Assembly (NCBI GenBank): GCA_002269645.1
Contig: NIVC01003004.1
Span: 62,171-126,170, forward strand
Origin: Macrostomum lignano
Taxonomy: Eukaryota
Reading direction: 5' to 3'
DNA: 64,000 nt
Shown here: in pieces, positions 38,001 through 49,694 of the stretch
How positions within the stretch are numbered: the stretch's first letter is position 1
How the letters are laid out: each line of letters starts with the position of its first letter
Notes under the pieces: generated by a model
Told to the model about the DNA's origin: nothing
The model's input: the letters and a program-made list of their open reading frames with translations, nothing else
Database searches by the model: none
Made by a program: the position numbers and the translations under genes

Positions 38001-41000
38001 ATTCTACATTGTGGCTCTTAAGTGTTCGAAATTGTGGATCTTTTAGGTTTGACATGATGGCTGTTTAATGTTCAACATAGTGGCTCTTTTATGTTTAACA
38101 TGGTGGCTCTTAAATGTTTGACATGGTGGCTCTTTAATGTTCGAAATGGTGGCTCTTTTGTTTTACATGGTGGCTCTTTAATGTTTGACATGGTGGCTCT
38201 TTAATGTTTGACATAAAGTCACTTATATGTTCGAAATGGTGGCTCTTTTAGGTTTGACATGGTGGCTCTTTTAGGTTTAACATGGTGGCTCTTTTAGGTT
38301 TAACATGGTGGCTCTTTTAGGTTTAACATGGTGGCTCTTTTAGGTTTAACATGGTGGCTCTTAAATGTTCGACATGGTGGCTCTTTAATGTTCGACATGG
38401 TGGCTCTTTAATATTCTTCATGTTATAGCTCTTTCATGTTTGACATGGTGGCTCTTTTATGGTCGACATGGTGGCTCTTTAATGTTCGAAATGGTGGCTC
38501 TTTAATGTTCGAAATAGTGGCTCTTTCATTTTCGACATGGTGGCTCTTTATGTTTGACATGTTGGCTCTTTTATGTTTGACATGTTGGCTCTTTTATGTT
38601 TGACATGGTGGATATTTAATGTTCGAAATAGTGGCTCTTTTATGGTCGACATGGTGGCTCTTTAATGTTCGAAATGGTGGCTCTTTAATGTTCGAAATAG
38701 TGGCTCTTTTATTTTCGACATGGTGGCTCTTTTAGGTTTGACATGGTGGCTCTTTTATGTTCGACATGGTGGCTCTTTAATGTTTGACATGGTGGCTCTT
38801 TAATGTTTTACATGGTAGCTCTGTTATGTCCGAAATGGTGGCTCTTTAATGTTTGACATAAAGTCACATATATGTTTGACATGGTGGCTCTTAAATGTTT
38901 GACATGGTGGCTCTTTATGTTTGACATGTTGGCTCTTTTATGTTCGAAATGGTGGCTCTTTTTTGTTCTACATGTTAACTCTTTTTATTTGATACGGTGG
39001 CTTTTTTAATGTCTGACATGTTGGCTCTTTAATGTTCGACAAAGTGGCTCCTAAATGTTTGACATAGTGGCTCTTCAATGTTTGACAATGTAACTTTTGA
39101 ATGTTTGACATGGTGGCTCTTTAATGTTTGACATGGTAGCTCTGTTATGTTCGACATGGTGGCTCTTCTAGGTTTGACAATGTGGCTCTTTAATGTTTCA
39201 CATGGTGGCTCTTTAATGTTTTACATGGTGGCTCTTTTATGTTTAACTTGGTAGCTCTTTGTTATTTTACATGGCAGCTCTTTTATGTTCGACATGGTGG
39301 CTCTTTAATATTCTTCATGTTATAGCTCTTTCATGTTTGACATGGTGGCTCTTTAATGTTCGAAATGGTGGCTCTTTAATGTTTAACACAAAGTCACATA
39401 TATGTTTGACATGGTGGCTCTTAAATGTTTGACATGGTGGCTCTTTATGTTTGACATGTTGGCTCTTTTATGTTTGACATGTTGGCTCTTTTATGTTTGA
39501 CATGGTGGCTCTTTAATGTTCGAAAAAGTGGCTCCTAAATGTTTGACATAGTGGCTCTTTGATGTTCGAAATAGTGACTCTTTTATTTTCGACATGGTGG
39601 CTCTTTAATGTTCGAAATGGTGGCTGTTTAATGTTAGAAATGGTGGCTCTTTTATGTTTGACATAAAGTCACTTATATGTTTTATATGGTGCCTCTTAAA
39701 TATTAGACATGGTGGCTCGTTTAGGTTTGACATGGTGGCTCTTTAATATTCGATATGTTAGCTCTTTTATGTTCGACATGGTGGCTCTTCTATGTTTGAC
39801 ATTGCGCTTCTTTTATGTTTAGAAGTTTTGTGTTTTTAAGGTGTTTTAATAAAAAAAAATCTTTTTTGCCCTACTAAGATTCGAACCCAAGTCGCTACAT
39901 TAGCATTCCAGTCTGTTCGCATCTGGGCTATCTTTTTCAATTGGAGAACATAAATTGTGGCCCTTATAATTCAATTCTTACAGCAAGTCAATTGGAGTAA
40001 AAAGTTATGACATAATCAATTTCTCAGTCAGCCAGAATCAGTCTCAATTTAAGTTGCCAATATGGTTACGCAATTTCATTCAAGTCGTGTGTGCATTTCT
40101 TCGGCACTGTTTTCAACTTGTTGTGATGCAATCTTTGTCAGAATCAGAATTCAGTCAGTCAGTTTTTTCTCTAGCATTCTTACAATGCATTTCAGGTCGA
40201 AAGAGCTGCTTGACCTTTGCAAAAAAGCATGTTTTTCGAATATTTAATCCCTTTAAAATTGAGCAATTTCTTAGCCAAGATGCATGTACCGTCCCAGGAA
40301 AATTTCTGATCGAATGGTGCAAGTTTGAAGAAAATCGGTTAAGCCGTTTTTTCTGAAATCTATCTCACAGAGACACACATTTCATTTTTAGTATATAGGA
40401 CTAGCAATCTTCGCCCCCCGTTGGGGGACATCCGTATAGAATCTCTGTTCTCTACAAGTAATAAGAAGATAGCCAAATAAAGCTTTCACAAAGAAAACAG
40501 ACAAACTACTCAAATGAAGTGCAATGCAAAAAGAAATCATCCCAAGACAGCAAACATCACCCAGATTGCAAGCATCCCCCGGATAGCAAGCATCCCCAGA
40601 TAGCAAGCATCACCCAAATAGCAAGCATCCCTCAGATAGCAAGCATCCCCAGATAGCAAGCATCCCCCAGATAGCAAGCATCCCCCAGATAGCAAGCATC
40701 CCCCAGATAGCAAGCATCCCCAGATAGCAAGCATCCCCCAGATAGCAAGCATCCCCCAGATAGCAAGCATCCCCAGATAGCAAGCATCCCCAGATAGCAA
40801 GCATCCCCCAGATAGCAAGCATCCCAGATAGCAAGCATCCCCCAGATTGCAAGCATCCCCCAGATAGCAAGCATCCCCAGATAGCAAGCATCCCCAGATA
40901 GCAAGCATCCCCAGATAGCAAGCATCCCCCAGATAGCAAGCATCCCCAGATAGCAAGCATCCCCCAGATTGCAAGCATCCCCCAGATAGCAAGCATCCCC

Positions 41001-44000
41001 CAGATAGCAAGCATCCCCAGATAGCAAGCATCCCCCAGATTGCAAGCATCCCCCAGATAGCAAGCATCCCCCAGATAGATAGCATCCCCAAATAGCAAGC
41101 ATCCACCAGACAATAAGTAGCTAGTGCGACATTTCCTTAGCATTATAGTGGCTCCTTTAAAATTCGCTCACTTTTACGTTTGAAATTGTGTATCTTTTAT
41201 GTTTGACATGGTGGCTCTTTTATGTTTGAAATGAAGTCACTTATATGTTTGACATGGTGAATCTTTTAAATGTTTTACAGGTTGGCTCTTTAATTTTCAA
41301 CATGGTGGCTCTTTTATGTTCGACATAGTGGCTCCTTTATGTTCGACATGGTGGCTCTTTTATATTAGACATGGTGGCTCTTTTATGTTCTACATGGTGG
41401 TTCTTTTATGTTCGACATGGCGGCTCCTTTATGTTCGACATGGTGGCTCTCTAATGTTTGACATGGTGGCTCCTTAATGTTTGACATAGTGGCTCTTTAA
41501 TATTCAACAAAGTGGCTCTTTAATGTTTGACATAATGACTTTTTAATGTTCAAAATGGTGGCTCTTTAATGTTTGACATGGTGGCTCTTTAATGTTTGAC
41601 ATGGTGGCTCTTTAATGTTCAACATAGGGGCTCTTTAATGTTCGACACGATGGCACTTTAATGTTTGACATGGTGGCTCTTTAATGTTTGACATGGTAGC
41701 TCTTTAATGTTCGACACGATGGCACTTTAATGTTTGACATGGTGGTTCTTTAATGTTCGACATGGTGGCTCTTTAATGTTCGAAATGTTTTTTTTGTTTT
41801 ACAGTGGCTCTTTAATGTTCAACATGGTGGCTCTTTTTTGTTTGAAATAAAGTCTCTTATATGTTTGACATGGTGGCTCTTAAATGTTCGGCATGATGGC
41901 TCTTTAATGTTCGACATGAAGTCACGTATATGTTTGATATAGAGTCACATATATGTTTTACATAGTGGCTCTTTTATGTTTAACATGGTGGCTCTTTTAT
42001 GTTTGAAATGGTGGCTCTTTAATGTTTGACATGGTGGCTCTTTAATGTTCGACATAGTGGCTCCTTTATGTTCGACATGGTGGCTCTTTTATATTAGACA
42101 TGGTGGCTCTTTAATGTTTGACATGGTGGCTCTTTACTGTTTGACATAGTGGCTCTTTAATATTCAACAAAGTGGCTCTTTAATGTTTGACATGGTGGCT
42201 CTTTAATGTTTGACATGGTGGCTCTTTAATGTTTGACATGGTGGCTCTTTAATGTTCAACATAGTGGCTCTTTAATGTTCGACACGATGGCACTTTAATG
42301 TTTGACATGGGGGCTCTTTAATGTTTTACATGGTGGCTCCATTATGTTTACATGGTGGCTCTTTAATTTTTGACATTGTGGCCCTTTAATGTTCGACATG
42401 GTGGTTCTTTAATGTTCGACATGGAGTCACGTATATGCTCGACATGGTGGCTCTTTAATGTTTGACATTGTGGCCTTTTAATGTTCGACATGGTGGCTCT
42501 TTGATGTTTGACATGGTGGCTCTTTAATGTTCGACATGGTGGCTCTTTAATTTTTGACATTGTGGCTCTTTAATGTTCGACATGGAGTCGCGTATATGCT
42601 TGGCATGGTGGCCCTTTTATGTTTAGCATTTTGTGTTTTGAAGGTGTTTTAACAAAAAAATTATTTTGCTCTACTAAGATTCGAACCCAGGTCACTACAT
42701 TACCAGTCCAATCTGCTCGCATCTAGGCTATCTCTTTTTAATCTGAGAACATGAACTGTGGCCCTTTGAATTCAATTCTTACAGCAAGTCAATTGGAGTA
42801 AAAAGTTATGACATAATCAATTTCTCGGTCAGCCAGTATCAGTCCCAATTTAAGTTAGCAATATGGTTACGCAATTTCTATCAAGTAGTGTGTGCAATTC
42901 TTTGACACTGTTTTCAACTTTTTGTGATGCAATCTTTATCACAATCGGAATTCAGCCAGTCAGTTTTTTCTCTAGCATTCTTACAATGCATTTCAAGTCA
43001 AAAATTTGGCTTGACCTTTGCATAAAAGCATGTTTTTCGAATATTTAATGCCTTTAACATTGAGCAATTTCTTAGCCAAGAAGCATGTACCGTCCCAGGA
43101 AAATTTCTGATCGAATGGTGCAAGTTTGAAGAAAATCGATTGAGCCGTTTTTTCTGAAATCCATCTCACAGAGACACACATTTCATTTTTAGTATATAGG
43201 ATATTAAAGTCATGGTTGCTAAAGCGAATGCTTTGCGCTAATTTCTATACCAAAAACCCCATTGGGACGGCATTGATGACGGAATAATGGCTGCAGATAG
43301 TGTGGATTTGACGTGATGCTTTTTCCTTTCAGGTTAAATATCTGTCCAAGCTAGGTAACAATAAAATATCCAGCCCTTTTATATCTATCTTGAGGTTAAA
43401 CTTCTAAATTGTGCATGGTTAGGTTTTATCATAAAAGCTGAACTTTGCACAATACGATAATAATAATAACAATTGATTACACCTGCCCTAATGGGCAGAT
43501 GTGCAACTGACAGCTCAGCCACAGTTATTGCGCCGCACACCTGAAGTCTGTCCAAGGACTGGGGAGTCCCCACACAAACCCTAAATTACCCGAGCTAATG
43601 CTGGCACCCATTTTACAGCTGGGTGGACTGAAGCAATGCAGAGTTGAAGTGTCTTGCTACTAGCTTGTACTAGCTTACAATACAAAAACCTCTGTTACTA
43701 ATGGGGTTCTCATCAGAGCAAAAGCTTACATCAATCTTGTAGAAGGTGAGCTCTTTCGGACGAATTGGTCGCAGAATGGTGAGAACGATAGTTTTCCCAT
43801 CGGTATCCCAGGCTTTAAGCTCATACTCCGACTTTGGCTGCCGCTTTAGCGTCTTATCCTCGGTCACACGGAAGTCAGCAATGGTCAGCTTGCGGGTGGA
43901 TAAGATAGGCTTAGTTGAAAAATAGGCTTTTTGTTGCAAATGTCTCGAGTGCATCCAAAACCTATGGGTCTATGGGTACGACGTATCCGTATGGGTGTCT

Positions 44001-44355
44001 CTACCTAAATACTCGTAGTACTGTTGCACGTTATCGCTGAGTTCAGAAGCATGTATCAATATGGAATTTTCAAGCATTCATGAATCCTCACCAGCTCTGA
44101 AGCGTCAATGTACACGATCCCAAAGTCGGCGCCTTCAACCTTGCCGCGGTCTGAGAAGCCCAGTCCAACGACGGTGGTGCCCTGTGGCACTTCTACATTA
44201 AAAACTATGAAATTTGCGCGCCAATTGAAATTCCAACTAAGTTGACAGCCGCCGCCCAAAGGTAGCTTATAGGGTAGCTTCTCTACCTGGCTTGGCGTGG
44301 AAGCATCTGCAGCTAAAGTCAGGCCAAAAATCAAAAGCAATGCTGTAGGCAGCAT
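29092..44355 (-). CDS. DBH: Dopamine/tyramine beta-hydroxylase (copper type II monooxygenase). Exons 44355-44092, 43909-43730, 33092-32850, 32753-32574, 30645-30367, 29902-29720, 29604-29417, 29325-~29170 (3' end uncertain)
   Basis: Signal peptide MLPTALLLIFGLTLAA; DOMON domain (GLGFSDRGKVEGADF); ETTYWC; LVHHLEVF; IELHYNN; FASQLHTH; NEMCLNYVFYYP; LELCKS. All CuH and CuM ligands are present and the junctions are GT-AG in frame. One frameshift in the last recognisable exon. DBH versus TBH not resolved. Confidence 0.92.
30728..32260 (+). mobile_element. Non-autonomous LTR retrotransposon (TRIM-like) in DBH intron 4
   Basis: LTRs 30728-30999 and 31985-32260 (TG...CA, few differences). 4-bp TSD ttac (30724-30727 and 32261-32264). 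PBS tggtgagcccgac (31001-31013) resembles tRNA-Trp. Purine tract gggggag lies before the 3' LTR. No gag/pol. Confidence 0.9.
31405..31930. repeat. GC-rich ~24-30-bp tandem repeat inside the LTR element
   Basis: Repeated cggcgcccgcctggcgccctgctgc(c/t)(a/t)t. Confidence 0.9.
33740..35880. repeat. 24-bp satellite with a 48-bp dimer and local 288-bp higher-order repeats (Helitron unit at 33117-36575)
   Basis: taatccttggtttattaatagcaa alternates with taatccttggcttatcgagtgcag. Identical ORF blocks are offset by 288 bp (34015 and 34303). Confidence 0.95.
36705..37150. repeat. 17/18-bp satellite
   Basis: agatagcaagcatcccc(c). A degenerate version occurs at 33385-33720. Confidence 0.95.
37230..39830. 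repeat. 23-bp satellite
   Basis: gtt(t/c)gacatggtggctctttaat, period 23. Confidence 0.95.
40545..41110. repeat. 17/18-bp satellite
   Basis: agatagcaagcatcccc(c). Confidence 0.95.
41190..42620. repeat. 23-bp satellite
   Basis: Same unit as 37230-39830. Confidence 0.95.
43461..43660 (-). mobile_element. 5'-truncated SINE copy
   Basis: Minus strand agcaagacactt...aactctgcattgcttcagtccacccagctgtaaaatgggtgccagcattagc...caggtgtaatc...(att)n, collinear with 45300-45580. Confidence 0.7.
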
Positions 44356-45246
44356 GTGTCTATCTGTTTTGGAGAGACTAATTTCCTGCAATGCACAGAA
44401 GAAAACGGTCCGACAAACTCAGAGAAAAATGCTGTCTGATCGAAGGCGATTGCAGCTATTTATTCTTGGGCCTGTGCTATTTACATGCATTTGAGCTCCC
44501 ATTCAGACAGCATTCTCAAGACTCAAATCATTTGGTCCAATCCCCGGTGAGAGATGGAATTGTTCCGGGTCAGTGCCAACTCAGTCAGCTCTGGTTGGCT
44601 TTCTGGGGAAATGAGACTTCCAGTTCAGTCTGTCGTCTGTTAATTAGCTGAAAATCCAGAAAGAAATGAAAGTTTAAGCTTCAAACCAAGAACTTATCAG
44701 CAGAATGGACCAATGCCGATTGGCAAGCCATCATATCATGCAAGTTGAATCTCCATTAAAAAGTGGATGCTGATTAGCAACTTTCTCGAGAAGTTTCGAA
44801 AAACTATCGCCATCTTGCTATGACTTGAGGGTTAATCGAGGTGTTCGACAGTTCTCAAGGTTTTAGAGATAAAGTAACTAATGCTCAGTGTTCACGGTTG
44901 AGTTTGCTAAGACCCGCCACTACAGGGTAGGTGTCTTCATGATGCCGCGTTCCAAAAACGATAATATCTGTCATCTAGAAACTATATGATTATATGGCTC
45001 GTATGATATGCGTCTTCATAATGAGAAACCTTAAATAAATTTCACTCTCAAAGCAGCTCTGACGCTGATGCACATTCCTGATCCAGCTATGTAAAAGCTA
45101 TTCATCGAAAACTTCAACTGATTTTTATCATCTAACAGAAGAAATGATTCTCTAAGCAGTGTAGACAATACTTGTAGACTTTTTGCAGCTAGGTTGGCTT
45201 GCACGAGTGTATGGAGCTAGTGATTTTTCATTTGTGTATGTTTCTA

Positions 45247-45580
45247 GGTTGTAGCTTAATGGTAGGTCGTAATCCACTCGGAACAATTTGTGTCCTTGAG
45301 CAAGATACAGTTATGTAACTCTGCATTGCTTCAGTTCACTCAACTGTACAATGGGTACCAGCATTAGCTGGGGTAATTGCGGGTGTGTGGCGACCCCGCA
45401 GCAAGGACTAATTAAGTAGATATATAAATTATTTCAGTCGTCCTTGCCCCGCAGCCGCAGTCCTTGGACTGAATAGCCGTCAGCCTGCAGATACGCGCGC
45501 AATACCTGCGGCTGAGCTGTCGGTCGCATGCACATCTGCTTATTAGGACAGGTGTAATCATGATTATTAATACTTATTAT
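45247..45580 (+). mobile_element. tRNA-derived SINE with an internally deleted head
   Basis: ggttgtagc...ccactcggaaca...tgtgtccttgagcaagatac...aatgggtaccagcattagc...caggtgtaatc, then an (att)-rich tail. Confidence 0.7.
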
Positions 45581-46349
45581 TAACGCGAATATCTATCAAT
45601 CAATTAGACTAAAAAACTAAAAGATGCATGCAAGTAACATCATTTTAAGCACAGCTTGTGCCTGCTGACTTCAAGATAGTTCGTACGATCGTATCAAGAA
45701 CCTTGCCATCATACGAATGCTTCGCACAGTGCAGATATGGGCTGATAAGAGCTGAAGATGGCTACAGAGAAAATAACCAATGCATTAATGCCAACGGGTC
45801 CTGAGAGAATTGATTTGGAAAAAAGATCCTGTCAGCTTATGTCAGAAACAGATTTCCAGTAATGGACGGTGGAAGGTGTTTTCTCAACATTCTGATACAG
45901 GATAAGCGCTCCGTATTTTAACTCGCCACTCCAACAACTTACGTCATGTGCAGTGAATAAATGAATGCAAATCGCTTAGGACTACGCCTCTTGGAGTATC
46001 GAAGGCACTGCACTCATTTTCAGATAATAGTTAATACATTTACGTACATGTACATGTACATCCTGCAGCATATAAGAAGTAGTCAATCATGTGAATGTTG
46101 CCAAATTGTAATCAGTTCGAAAACCTAAAAAGAAATTCAGAAACTGGGCTCTCTCATCCGTAGAGTATCTTCTTATTAGCTTTCTTAGATCGATCTACAG
46201 ACTTACGCGTCAATAGCGCGGACATGCGTGGTATAATAAACAAGTTAAATCCACTGTTGAATTGTAGCACGAGTACCATTCGCCTAATTTCAATAATCTG
46301 GGGGCACCAACGGACCTTCAAGTTAAGATCTACTGCCGTTGCATGAACG

Positions 46350-46545
46350 GGCGGGCGGCATTGCTGCCTCGCTGCAAAGAATTCATCTACCAAGTGCCAA
46401 GCATCACGGACGACATGCATGGCACGGCGCAGGGCGCTTGCCTGGGGGGCATTCCGTACCGTGCGGACTGTCCCCGCGCTGCCGGATCGTCTGAGAGGGC
46501 GGCTGTTCCAGGCCGTCATAGAAACCGGCAACTCGCTCATGCTGG
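46350..46545 (+). mobile_element. RTE-like reverse transcriptase fragment
   Basis: KEFIY..SI then RRALAWGAFRTVR...LRGRLFQAVIET, the post-RT motif of RTE/RTEX-type elements. Confidence 0.55.
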
Positions 46546-46649
46546 ACTTCTGTGAGCCGCATTCGGTGACCACTACTCGCCGACCGCCACCACCAACACC
46601 AGCAATGACGAGCCATCCCGACGGCCCAGCTAATCCCGACCTAGCCAGC

Positions 46650-47545
46650 TGCTACGCATCCGGCGCCTACAGCTGGCCGCCACGTCATCCGAGCAGAGTA
46701 GTACTGCCCTGAGTCGCTGCAGGACGTGCTGCTACTCTCCCTTCAAGAGCCTCGACTTCTCGCGGCTTGGTCAGGCGAGAAGTCTGCGTTTCGTCGACCT
46801 GCTTCTAAGAGACGATAAGATATCTGACTCTCGTGTACTCGCTGTTCTACGCAACTTTGCGCTTGCGCGCGCGTTTTGACAGCAGCCCAGCCTGGCTTGT
46901 CCCGGGCTGCTGTAGCTTGATATTGTTGCTGTTGTCGTTGCTGTTGTTGGTCGGCAACTTCTCGGGGTAGTGCACGCCTAGGGCGTAGCGCAGCAGGGAC
47001 CTGTAGAGCGCGTCCAGGGCTCGCTCTCGTGTGTCAGTCATCGGCACCGCTTCCATGCCGTACAAGAGGATCGGCTCGGCTCCACGGCCGCGGGAAAGAG
47101 GGTAAGCGCACCTTCAGCTCGTCCCTCGCAGCTGAGCTGAAGACGTTCCTGAGCAGTCGCGAAGCGCGCCAGGCCTGATTCCTCCTGTCGGAGACAATGG
47201 AGTCCGGACTCGTTGCTAGCGATCCGAGATACCGGAAGTCTTCGCGCACCACGATGGCGTTTCCGTTGGGCAGCGAAAGTGCCGGAGCGGTGTCAGTGCC
47301 ACGTGCATCACCTCTTGTCTTGGGCACGTTGATAACCAGCCACCCGATCGCCCTACACACAGAGCCGGGGATGAGCGCGTTGGGCAGCAGCTGGGTTGTG
47401 ACAGAGCAGCGCGATGTCATTGGTGTGCGTGAGAGCAGGCAACAAAACAGCAGGATGTCGGGAGCTTCGGCGTGGGACCAGCAAGTAGCTGTCGTCTCGT
47501 CCTCTTGAAGGGAGCGGCGCAGCACGTAATGCATGATAAAGAGCA
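46650..47545 (-). mobile_element. 5'-truncated RTE/RTEX-like LINE (RT C-terminal part)
   Basis: DTLAPLLFI..YVLR, TNDIALL, LVINVPKT, DFRYLGS, AWRASRLL, PILLYGMEA..T...ERALDALYRSLLRYALG. Frameshifted. Confidence 0.8.
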
Positions 47546-47562
47546 GGGGAGCTAGCGTGTCT

Positions 47563-48335
47563 TGCTAAGTTGTAATTATTGAATGACAATGGCTAAAAAC
47601 AAAGTTAAAAATTGTTTAAACACAAAACAAACTTAAATAGTTATACTGGTTTTTTTCTTGGAAGATGCGAACCGATTCAGGATCTGAAATCGTAATGTGA
47701 AAAGCCGGAATTTTATTTTATTGTTTTTTTAGTCACAGGTTGTTTTTTAATTTGTTAAAGGCATTAAACTTGCCAATAAAAACTCTTCGCTGAAGTGGAT
47801 CAATCTTAGGCGCCCTAACGAATCATTCGCCGAAATGGCCAGATTTAGAAGAAATAGCCAATAGGCCTAGTCTCTGCAAAAGCCCCTTCTGGTAAAGTGT
47901 AAAAAGCTACCCAGATTTTCGCAGAAAACATTACCTGAAAATTTTCTGTCAGATTTGCAGTGTCTTGTTAAAAACTGTGGTCTCTGTTAAAAAAGCTAGT
48001 AAATAAAAATTTACTAGTAAAATGCGATCTTAATTTTTATTTCTGGCTGGTAAAAAGCAAGGTAAGACTTTACCCTAAAAACTTACCCGTAATTACCAGG
48101 TCCTTACCTGTAATTACCCAAACAAATAACGCTGCGATATTGTTTATTTGTTTACGCTATTTAGGCGTCTATCAATGAGGCTTTTTATATTACCAATTCC
48201 AGAATCAGAATCGGTTCGGATCTTCCAAGAAAAACAGCAGTATAACTATTTAATTCTGTTGAATGTTTGGCTGCCTTAACAACCTCAGCACAATTTTTCA
48301 CTTTCTTCTTGGCGATTGTCATTCAATAATAAAAA
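47563..48335. mobile_element. Degenerate MITE / inverted-repeat element
   Basis: ttattgaatgacaat pairs with attgtcattcaataa; aaatagttatactg...ttcttggaagat.cgaaccgattc pairs with gaatcggttcg.atcttccaagaa...cagtataactattt. Confidence 0.6.
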
Positions 48336-49694
48336 CTTTATAGCTCGTATCTCCCTCTAGTTATGGAGACAAAAAGTTATACTTTACAAATTGGTTCTGG
48401 ACCAGAACAAGCAATATGAAAAGGCACGAAGTACTACCACTTTTGTTTAAATTTATCGCGATTTTTAAAACTAGCGCCGAATTATAAAAATCGTAAAGTA
48501 AAAATCGTAATGTAAAAAAATTAAATGTAAATGTCAGGAATGACTATAAAATATAACTACCTTTTAGTGATGAAAATGCCTTATCATCTAATTAGTTATT
48601 GTATTAGTGGTACACATTAATTTACTGACAAGATTCAATTTATCTCAAGCTTATAATATTATATTTATCTATCTAAATTGAATTGAAATTAGAATTGAGC
48701 TTAATTCTTATATATCTAATCTAACTAATTCCAATTACTAATACTAGAACTAATATTATGTTTGTGCAATTTGATAACTTTACTGTATATAGTGCATATT
48801 GCATTTGCATTTTGAAAAAAAACAAAGTAATGATTATACTTAGGCCCCTAAACAATGATTACCTATCTAAAAGTTTCTGCAACTTTAAGTTGAATGCCTC
48901 AAAGGTCCTAAAGTTAAGTAACTTTCTTTACTTAAAAACACTTATAAAGTATGTTACTACAAAAACAAACAATTGTAAAAACAAACAATATGACATTAAA
49001 TTTTGTGTTCTCATTTGTGTTCTCACTTTGTTTTTTTTGATTTTTTTATATTTGGAAGCATATTTGGAAATTGGAAAATGAAATTTCTGAATACAAAACA
49101 TTCTGATTTCTATAAAAATGAGACTTTTTTTCAATTCGGATTCCAAATTTGAATATTTAGATCCATTGCTATTGATAGCACATGTGACCTAGAAGGCCAT
49201 ATAGCAGAGCCATAGCACTTTGACTAGGGGGCCTAGAACTTTGTTGGGGCCAAACGCCTTGCCACCTGATGTTTTTTGAGTGAATAGCCCAATGTCTATT
49301 GTGGTGACTGAGCTTGTATAGAAGTCTTTAATCCTCAGCTAGGAGGGGCATATCCAGTGAGAATGCAAAACTAGCAAGCAACAACAATGCAGATGAGCTT
49401 ATAATGCCAACAAAAAAGTTGCACAATTCATTCTTGCATTCCTCTAGGGTGTCAATGGCTAGGTTTAGTGCCACATGCTTTTTGTGCCCTATCAGAGTCT
49501 AGATAGCTATTTACATTGCTGGGCTAGGCTGGCTAGCTGCAGTGATAGACCTAATGGCATTGTTGATAGTAGCCTACTGCCGCTTATCTAGAAGATGCTC
49601 AAATGTTTCTTCAGTGTAGCCTATGGGCTGCTAGTTTCTATGGAGCTGCTTGATATAGAGCCATACTTGCTTGATAGTTAGGTTGCTCTAATAG

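Larger units (their letters stand above)
33117..43201 (-). mobile_element. Three non-autonomous Helitrons joined head-to-tail (43201-40401, 40400-36576, 36575-33117) in DBH intron 2
   Basis: On the minus strand each unit starts TCCTATATACTAAAA and ends with a GC hairpin (CCCCC-AAC-GGGGG or CCCC-GAA-GGGG) followed shortly by CTAG. Internal junctions are CTAG|TC. Outer flanks are A|TC and CTAG|T with no TSD. A ~600-bp block is shared by all three units. Confidence 0.88.

Noticed and set aside
39873-39932. tRNA gene candidates here and at 7418, 35985 and 42672
   Set aside because: A and B boxes are present but there is no paired acceptor stem or complete cloverleaf; they are SINE or TE parts.
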